Origin: Octopus vulgaris
Taxonomy: Eukaryota
Direction: 5' to 3'
NCBI GenBank assembly: GCA_951406725.2
Contig: OX597829.1
Span: forward strand, 36,642,001 to 36,706,000
Length of the DNA: 64,000 nt
Shown here: one piece after another, positions 55,440-64,000 of the stretch
Position numbering within the stretch: the first letter of the stretch is position 1
How the letters are laid out: the number at the start of each line of letters is the position of its first letter
Notes under the pieces: model-generated
What the model saw: only the letters and a program-made list of their open reading frames with translations
Told to the model about the DNA's origin: nothing
Database searches by the model: none
Position numbers and translations under genes: made by a program

Positions 55440-55940
55440 ATTTGCACTTCCTACATGGATGGTAATTCAGGGATCATTCTTCAATAATTTTCAGTTCCTA
55501 TTTTGATCATTCCAAGTGCTCCTACAATCACAGGTATTGTAACCGTCTCGAGATGCCACATCTTATCGATTTCGATGAGCAAATCTTTCTATTTTCTGAG
55601 CTTATCAAATTCTTTTGCCGAGATATTATCATCACAGGGTATGCTCATGTCAATCAATGAACAGACTTTATTGTTTTGGTCTTTCACAACAATTTCTGGT
55701 TTATTTGCTTTGATGGTCTGGTCTGTACATACTGAATAATTACATTTTCTCCCTCAGTTACAGCCTCAGGGTGTCCATAGTTTTGATTTTATAATGCCAA
55801 CACATTATCCAGTATAGATATTGGCCAACTCTGTCATGTCTTGATTTGTACTCTTCAGGGGCTAAAACCTTACATCCAGAGATAAGATGGTCAACTGTTT
55901 TTATTCTATCGTTACAGTATCGGCACTTTGAATCTACACC
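55440..55940 (-). mobile_element. R4/Dong-like LINE 3' end (CCHC finger plus restriction-like endonuclease)
   Basis: CRYCNDRIKTVDHLISGC..RHDRV and KANKPEIVVKD..LIDMSIP..KEFDK..VIVGALG. Confidence 0.88.
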
Positions 55941-56099
55941 ATTTTTTTTTCTTACAATAAAAAGGATGCTTACATTTTCGAATATCTAAGGAAAAAGGAA
56001 CCGAAAGAAAAGGAAGTTACTTTTTTTCGCAGAAATTTGTAGATATGAAGTTCTTAAAATTTGCTGGAGATGATCTTTTGTCCGTCCGAACAGAGAAAA

Positions 56100-56429
56100 C
56101 TGTAGTGTTCTTGGAAACTGCTCCTAATGCTTCAATTACCACTGATATCACCATTACTTTCCTCGTGCTCCATGACTTATCTATCTCGTCCCACAGTGGC
56201 TGGTATTTCTCACACTTTTCTGTTTCCTTAGATTTCACCCTCGAATCGCCTGGTGTTGCAACATCTATCATCTTTGCTTCTTTTTTATCTTTATGGATGA
56301 TCACGATATCTGGTCGTCTCGCCTCTATGACTTGGTCGTACTGTATGTTAAAATCCCATAGTATTTTGTAATGTTCGTTTTCCATTACTCCCTCTGGCTT
56401 GTGTTCGTACCATGTATTTCTTTTCCTTT
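56100..56429 (-). mobile_element. Second R4/Dong-like RLE fragment
   Basis: WYEHKPEGV..KILWDFNIQ..ARRPDIVII..IDVATPGD..KETEKCEKY. Abuts the Gypsy LTR. Confidence 0.9.
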
Positions 56430-56626
56430 TGTTGTAAGGAATTAGTAATAATGGTACACCCCTCCCACGTGACGAATTGAATAACCTAGTCACTACAAGT
56501 AAAGAGAAGTGCCAGAATACGTAGCTGTCGATCAGAGATAGTTGTGTCTTTACTGATGATTTTACTAAGTATACTGTATACCGAAGTGGGCGTTATTAAT
56601 AATCCAACATTATAAGGATTATAGCA
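56430..56626 (+). repeat. 5' LTR
   Basis: Starts TG and ends CA; the first ~83 bp recur, diverged, at 59567-59650. Confidence 0.88.
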
Positions 56627-56627
56627 G

Positions 56628-56640
56628 TGGCGACGAGGAT
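56628..56640 (+). promoter_or_regulatory. Primer binding site, tRNA-Ser(GCT)-type
   Basis: tggcgacgaggat, 1 nt after the LTR, is complementary to the ...AUCCUCGUCGCCA end of metazoan tRNA-Ser(GCT) (from recall). Confidence 0.8.
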
Positions 56641-56867
56641 TTAAACAGCTCACAAGGAATTAATAAACTCGACGAGGATTTGAACAACTCTCGATGAATT
56701 AATAAACTCGATGAGGATAAACCAATTCCCGTGGAGTTAATAGAAACTCGAAGAGGATTTCATAAACTCACAAAATTTTGTTGTGCGAATTTTACGAAAA
56801 ATTATGAAAAATTATGGAAAATTTGTTGATCGGTTTGCTTGAGTTGCAAAAACAGCAACAACAGCAA

Positions 56868-57222
56868 CTGTGGTTAGGGCAGCAGACTCGCGGTCGGAGG
56901 ATCGCGGTTTCGATTCCCAGACCGGGCGTTGTGTGTGTTTATTGAGCGAAAACATCTAAAAGCTCCACGAGGCTCCGGCAGGGGGCGGGGTGACCCCTGT
57001 TGTACTCTTTCGCTCCAACTTTCTCTCACTCTTTCTTCTTGTTTCTTATCCCCGACTTCCTACGCAACCGCTGAGCCTAGAGGCACATTCATCCATCCGT
57101 CGATGCTCTCAGTGTCGGGGGTTGACCTGTTTTCTCTTCTGCGAGTCTTACGAATAGCAAAGAACCACGTTTCGGACTTCTCCCCCTCTGGGGACGAAGA
57201 TCGCCTCGCTCAACAAACAAAC
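56868..57222 (+). mobile_element. tRNA-derived SINE nested in the Gypsy Gln-rich gag leader
   Basis: gtggttagggcagcagactcgcggtc..ggtttcgattccc head and (AAAC)n tail. Confidence 0.8.
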
Positions 57223-59555
57223 AAGCAAACAAGCTGCAACTGCAAGAACAACAACTCAAGCAATAACAACTCCAACAGAAAAACAAAAGAAAAACAGCTG
57301 CAAGAGCAACAACAGAACAACAACAAATAACATTACAACAATAAATGTTGCAATTACTGAAGTCATCAGAAAAAGTGTTCTCGCCAGACTATGTCGTGAA
57401 CTCCATAACAGAGTTTACTACGGAAGATATCAGAAAATCTTTGAGAAAGAATGTAAAGATTGGGACGGTGAGATATAAATGCGCTTAATCTTAAGAAAGC
57501 TGGCGGCAACAGAACATGAACGATACAGTAATTAGGTACTCCCAAGAAAACCTTCGGACATAACTTTAATGACATAATAGATATATTGTGTAAAATTTTT
57601 AGTGAAAAGAGCTCATTGTTCAACACATGTTGGAAATGTCTGAACATAGAGGAAAACAACGACGAGGACTACATCACATATGCTGGTAGAGTAAACAGGG
57701 AATGCGAGAAGTTTAAGCTGGATGAATTAATGTCAAATATGTTCAAATGCCTGATTTTTACACAGGGGTTTATTACCGAAAAGGACGCGGAAGTTAGAAC
57801 TAGAATTCTCGTAAATCTGGAACAAAACCAGGATGTAACCGTGCAACAAGTGTCAGAAGAATGTGAACGGATAGTCAAATTAAGACATGAAACAGAGGAA
57901 ATTGAACGTAAAGATTCTTTACAAGTAAAGCAAGTGTGAAATAGTCAGAAAAGAGATAAAGTGTTTTCTAAAAAAACAAGGCAAAAATCAGGAATTAAGC
58001 CCATGTTTTGCATATGGAGGTATACCCCTGAGGAAACATTGTCCATTTAAAAAAGTGGAGTGCTTTCGCTGTGGATATAGGACATATAAAGAAACATTGT
58101 AGAACGAAGAGGAAAAAACATCAGAGCAAAGGAAAAAGAATAAATACTATGTCACCGGAAGAAATTAGCAATATAACGATGAGAAAAATCGTGAAGGTGA
58201 TAATCAGAAATACAAGTGTTAAAATGCAGTTGGACACTGGTAGTGATATCACCATTATAAACGAAAAAACGTGGAAATATGTCGGTAAGCCGAAATTAAT
58301 TAAATCGAAAAAGGTAGCACATGGTGTTACGGAGAAAAAGATTATATTTTTTCGGTGAATTCATATGCAATGTAACATTTCGAGGTCAAACAAAAAAGGC
58401 GAAGATATATGTGTTAAAAAGTTCACTTAATTTATTCGGAACAGAGTGGATGGAACTATTCAAAGTATGTAATATACCCATAAGTGTTTTGTGTGAAAAT
58501 ATAGTCGGTTCAATCGAAGTTTCAAATGCAGCTGAGGGACTGAAACATAAAATTGCAGTAGAATAGTGTGGAACACCGGTATGTAAGCCAAAACGAAAAG
58601 AAAAATTGCCCACGATAAAAAGTAAACATTGTTCAAAAGTAGATGTTCTGTGGTCAAGAATACACATCGATTTCACTGGTCCTTTACTACTTAGTGGTTC
58701 ATACTACTTAGTGGTAGCTGATAGTTTCTCGAAATGGCCTGAAATTGTTAAATGTAAAAAACCAACACGAATTGTTTGCAAGATTTGGCATCTCAGACAA
58801 GAAAGTGTCTGACAATGAAACGTAATTTGTGTCTAGCAATTTTTTTAAATTTTGTGAAACATTCTCGGTAGAACATGTAACTACGGTGGCATACCATCCC
58901 AGATCTAATGGACAGGCAGAATGCTTCGTCGAAACCTCCAAAAGAGCCCTTAGAAAATCGAATAAGGAAGTCACGGATGAGGTAACTCTACAACAATTTT
59001 TAAGAGTGTACCGTGTGACACCAAATCTGAATACACCATCAGGTAGCTTACCAGCAGAGCTGATGTTTGTAAGGGAAGTAAAATCAATCTTTGATAATTT
59101 GCTACCTGGCAAGAAAAGAAAAAGTGCCAGGGAAGACATAGCAAGATTCTTTGAAGTTGGTGAAAAGGTGTATATGAAGGCATACAAGAATGGAAAGCAG
59201 AGTTGGGAAAATGGCGTGATTACCAAATGCATAGGTAAAATGATGTTTTGAATAAAAAGTAGAAAAGCATACGGAAGAGACACAGGAACCAACTTAAAAA
59301 GAGATTTGTGGAAAGCGAACTAAAGAAGTTGGAGGAACCGATAGAATGGTTGTACGATATGTTCCATGTACCCACGCCATTGCGTGTGAGGGAACCCAAG
59401 CGTACAAGTGAGAGGGGGAAAACACAGAGTTCCTGAAAATAGATGCCAAGTGCAAAAAATATCAAATTGTAAGAAAAACAAAAGAATCAAAAAAGGGAGT
59501 TGGGGTGAATAAAAATATTATTGCTAAATAAAATGATACTTCCTAAGAAAAACTT

Positions 59556-59566
59556 AAAAGAGGAGA
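59556..59566 (+). promoter_or_regulatory. Polypurine tract
   Basis: aaaagaggaga immediately before the TG of the 3' LTR. Confidence 0.8.
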
Positions 59567-59651
59567 TGCTGTATTGTATTAGTAATAATGGTACACCCTT
59601 CCCAAGTGACGAATGGAATAACATAGTCACTATAGGTAAAGAGAGGTACGT

Positions 59652-59767
59652 AAAAGGATGAGATGCAAAGTCAAACTCGGCAAAATTTGAGCTCAGAATG
59701 TAACGACAGACGAAATGCCTTTAAGCATTCGTCCGGCGTGCAAACGATTCTGCTGGCACGCCGCCTT
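59652..59767 (-). mobile_element. SINE family B head truncating the 3' LTR
   Basis: Reverse-complement similarity to 18072-18185. Confidence 0.8.
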
Positions 59768-60315
59768 CTTTTACCTTTAATATTAACGCTTATTATACTT
59801 TCCAGCATTCCAATATATCAACAATAATGATATATTACATTACGATGTAATGTAATATGATTTAATTATATCTTACAAAATTATACATTACTTAAAAACT
59901 AAATAGTATTTTACTTCAAATATTACTGCCAAGCGAATAATTCATTTGTTCTCGACATACATGTATATGATTAAAATAAATTTAGACTAAATTATTGTAA
60001 ACAACTGCAACTTTTACTTTACTTATTATGCTGTACTTTCTCCTAACACACTCCACAATTTTACACATCTCCCTGACTACTTTCTTACACAGTAAACAGC
60101 TTCTTTTCTCGTTTGATATTCCTCCATTGTCTTTCTCGGCCACTTATCTCGATATTATCCGAATGCTTGTAACATCAAACGTTCAACTTTTCTATACATG
60201 CCCTTTATATATTTGTGCGTGCATGTATGTATGCACGTGCTTGTGCATGATCCTGTGACTGTGAACCCAGATATATATACGCGCTCGCACACACACATAT
60301 ACATCTATATATATT

Positions 60316-60660
<345 letters not shown>

Positions 60661-61389
60661 CACACACACACACACACACACACCTCAAATGTAAAATTAT
60701 TCCCTAAAGACGGAAGCTAGTATCATCCGATGATAATACACACACACACACACACACCTCAAATGTAAAATTCTTCCCTAAAGACGGAAGCTGGTATTAT
60801 CCGATGATGGAATCAATTTACAATCATTATTTTCAACCACCAAGCGTCCAGAAACAGCTGTTCGACTCGTAAAACTCTTATTCAATCCCTTTAATTTCTG
60901 ATATCATTTCTGTTTTGTGTAAGTTGGACCTTCTTATATGTAAATAGACGTACATTTTCTGTAGTAGATGTATTTAATATTTTTTTTGTTTATTTACTTG
61001 CCTAACTTACTTATCCTTACATTTACTCCTCTACCTGCTCAAGCTAAGTATATTCTATACGGGGAATATTTGTCTCTCATCTATAAGCTACACACACAGA
61101 CTCACACACACACACATATATATATATATAAATTTTGTGTATATATATATACAAAATTTTTTTACATACAAATTCTCGAATTTTTTAAATCCTTGGATCT
61201 TTTAAAAAATATGCTAGGACACTGGTTTTAATTGATTAATATCAATTTCTACCTTATTTAATTATATATATTCAAATATGAATGTGCTTTGCTTGTTTGC
61301 CGGTAAACTGCTTATTGACGCAGTGTGTATGACTCTTTCAAAGCACTGAGTGTTAAAACACCTGAAAGGCGAGACACTCCGAGTCACTT

Positions 61390-62960
61390 TCAGGAGCGAC
61401 AGATATCGATGTTTCGCCATTCTTGTGGCTTCTCACCATCAAGTTCCTAAATCCCGGAGACACTTCAGCGGCTATGAGTGAGAAATATAGTGAAATGTTT
61501 TCCTTTAATTAAGCCATGCTGTTTTAATATCCCCATACTCTCTTCTTTCCACCTGCTTGCTCTCCAGTCACTATGTTGTTGTACACAATAACCCTAGGGG
61601 AATGTGTTTGAAGTACCTTGTCTATAATTTGTACATAACGTTTAGGTAAATAATGAGGCAATAGTTTTCAGCCAACTCGGTGGTTTTCTTCTTTGCTACT
61701 AGATTTTTCCGTGCTATAGCAAGCCAATTTGGTATGTCAGTCTGATCTTACATAGTGCTTTGAATATACCTATTAGTGGTTTCCTTTGAAATGTCAGCCT
61801 CTTGTACCAGTATCTAACTATTAGTTTCCTTTCAGCTGTCTTCCCAATATGCAGTTTGCCTACAGCTATGGTAACAGTTTGCGGGTCAATTGCATGTGAT
61901 TTACTATTTATATTGATACAATATTCTCTCCTTACTGCATTTAGCTACGATGCATTAAGATTGACATTCCTCTTTTCGTTCCAGATTTTCAACCAGAATA
62001 ATTCAAGATCTTCTTAAGCGGGGGCTTTCTTAAGAGTAATATTTTCCTCCCTCATCCCTCTGTATAAGCAGTAGTGAGGATTTTCGCTCAGCTGAGTTCG
62101 TGTTTTAGAGTAATTAACCTTCCCTCAAGAGCTTGGTATGAAGAGTCATCAGAGAATTTTGTTAATTTATTCATAAGATGTAATGATGAGATGTAAATTC
62201 ATTATTCCGCTTACATTATACTATCGTGGTGAACCATCCAACATGGTGGTGCAGTGTTCATGTTTTCATCGGGTTTTGTTTTTACAGATTTCTCCTATGT
62301 GTTCTTTAAGAGTTATAGCAGTTGTATTAGTTAATATCACATGATTCCATGCGCTCTCCAGTGACATCATCGATAACTTTCAACATTAGTGCTGTTAAGA
62401 TTAACCTGCCACTTAACAATGGTTTCGAAAAGTAAAATATTTTTAAAGAACTGTTTCAGGATGTTTCTAAATTGAATATATTCCACATCTTTGTCTGTTG
62501 ATTCAGCTATATTATGAGACACAAGAATTTAGTGATGGTGGCAGCGATTTGTTGCATTACCTTTGATCTCTCTTCTAACAGATTTTGTTCTTAGTGCTTT
62601 GAGAAGATCGATTTACATCACGAGAGCAAACCATTTTTTTGAAGAAAGATACTTGTTGCTTAAGTTGTTTCGCTGTAAATGTGCTTAAATTGGGGCGAGA
62701 TTTGTCCCAGTATTATTTAACCGCTTCATATATCTGATAGAAGCGTCTTCACGGGCTTTTTCACAGCATCGAAGTAGATGTTGGTTTAGATATAGAGTCC
62801 AAGTAAAATGAGAGAAAAACTTACGTTTTCTCAGCTACCTTCCTGGTGCTGTAATGTTGTTTTCGTTTCTAGTGTTGTTTCAGCCATGATCGTGTTAGCG
62901 AAATTCCATTTGGTATAAGATATGTTTTTAAAATCCGACCTAAATAACGCTACGTTGATA
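61390..62960 (-). mobile_element. Heavily decayed Penelope-like element with terminal degenerate HHR
   Basis: KLHIGKTAERKLIVR (YIG-T-R-L--R-like) near 61815-61860. Minus 61400-61440 reads GTGAGAA gcca caagaa tggc GAAAC atcgat ATC. Confidence 0.5.
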
Positions 62961-63136
62961 AGTAAAAGGTATTTCTCTTGTTTATAATGGGAGAAATAAA
63001 TGAGTTACTAATTTGGGGTACAGAAGTTGGTATAAACGTAGAAGAAAACGTTCAAAAAGAAACTCTAAACAGTCCTCTACGCCTGCACGTCTGATACTGA
63101 CACAAATAACAAACACACACACACACGCACACACAC

Positions 63137-63188
<52 letters not shown>

Positions 63189-63190
<2 letters not shown>

Positions 63191-63420
63191 CGGAGATGTA
63201 CTTGCATAGCAAGTGATTTGATCTGAGATCGTGTGCTGAAACGAAAACAATTGCAGCGTTCACTGACAAAAATCCGTGCTGCACGGACTTTTGTCAGTGA
63301 ACAGGTCGCGGTCTTAAAGCGACGAAAATATTTTGACAAATTAAACTTAAATGTTGAAGTCAATCGAACGGCTTTTGTGTGTTTCTTAAATGGCTTACAA
63401 ACACCTTCCACGCTGCAATT
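63189..63420. mobile_element. Short repeat family with internal fold-back
   Basis: Homologous to 22055-22210 and 20978-21030; hairpin at 63258-63302. Confidence 0.7.
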
Positions 63421-63444
63421 ATATATATATATATGTACATATAT

Positions 63445-63606
63445 ATACGACGGGCTATCAGTTCCCGTCTATCAAACCCTTTACTGGCTTTGGTCGAACC
63501 GAAGCTATAGTAGAAGACAATTGCCCAAGGTACCATGCAGTGGGACTGAATCCGGAACCATTTGGTTGGGAAACAAGCTTCTTACCACACAGCCCGTCCT
63601 GCGCCT
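63445..63606 (-). mobile_element. SINE family A head
   Basis: Reverse complement of the 3298 head. Confidence 0.88.
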
Positions 63607-63625
63607 ATATATATATAGAAAGATA

Positions 63626-63700
<75 letters not shown>

Positions 63701-64000
63701 AGCAAATTATTTTACTTGCTAATATAAAGTCTGAAACCATGGTCCAGGAGATAGATGGTAAATGTTTATATTTTTCATTCCCTTCGAAATTTATCCCTAA
63801 TAGCCGTTTGGATTTTGGCTATTCCTTCTAGCGTGCCAGGTATCCTATGATGGATACCTCTTATGTGTTTAAATGTACACTGTATTTATATGAATAATAT
63901 ATAGTCTATTGACTAATTTTTCCAGACGCCAGGCCATTGGTAGTAACAATTTCTAAATTTTTTCTTGCCCTGATATTATTAATTATTGATAACTTTTTTG

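Larger units (their letters stand above)
56430..59650 (+). mobile_element. Ty3/Gypsy LTR retrotransposon, decayed, RT/RNase H deleted
   Basis: 5' LTR TG..CA at 56430-56626, PBS, gag (57586-57939), protease MQLDTGSDITII, integrase (WSRIHIDFTGP, YHPRSNGQAE), PPT, and truncated 3' LTR 59567-59650. Confidence 0.93.

Noticed and set aside
56631-56770. CRISPR-like array
   Set aside because: The putative spacers resemble one another, no cas genes are present, and the context is a eukaryotic LTR-element leader.

Overview
AT-rich, microsatellite-dense animal genomic DNA. The SINE families suggest a cephalopod, probably Octopus; this is inference from recalled repeat families, not a database hit. No intact host gene was found, and most listed ORFs are translations of (TA)n, (TATG)n, (GATA)n or (AAT)n repeats. 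The window is a transposon graveyard. It holds decayed R4/Dong-, HERO-, Tx1/L1- and RTE-like LINE pieces, Tigger/pogo, mariner and Tc1 fragments, two non-autonomous Helitrons, a MITE, an RT-deleted Ty3/Gypsy element, many tRNA-derived SINEs, and at least seven Penelope-like element (PLE) RT or GIY-YIG fragments. The main signal is non-coding. At least eight short units of otherwise dissimilar sequence carry minimal type I hammerhead ribozyme (HHR) motifs (stem I-CUGANGA-stem II-GAAA-short or palindromic stem III-NUH-stem I). Most sit in fold-back or partial-tandem arrangements typical of PLE pseudo-LTRs and retrozymes. Three have intact canonical cores: 30647-30709 (inside a perfect 342-bp palindrome), 46313-46386 and 47118-47176. 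One PLE family appears to join endonuclease end, tRNA-like Pol III head, (AAT)n and an HHR-like motif. All structures were read by eye, boundaries of decayed elements are approximate, and ribozyme activity is untested.
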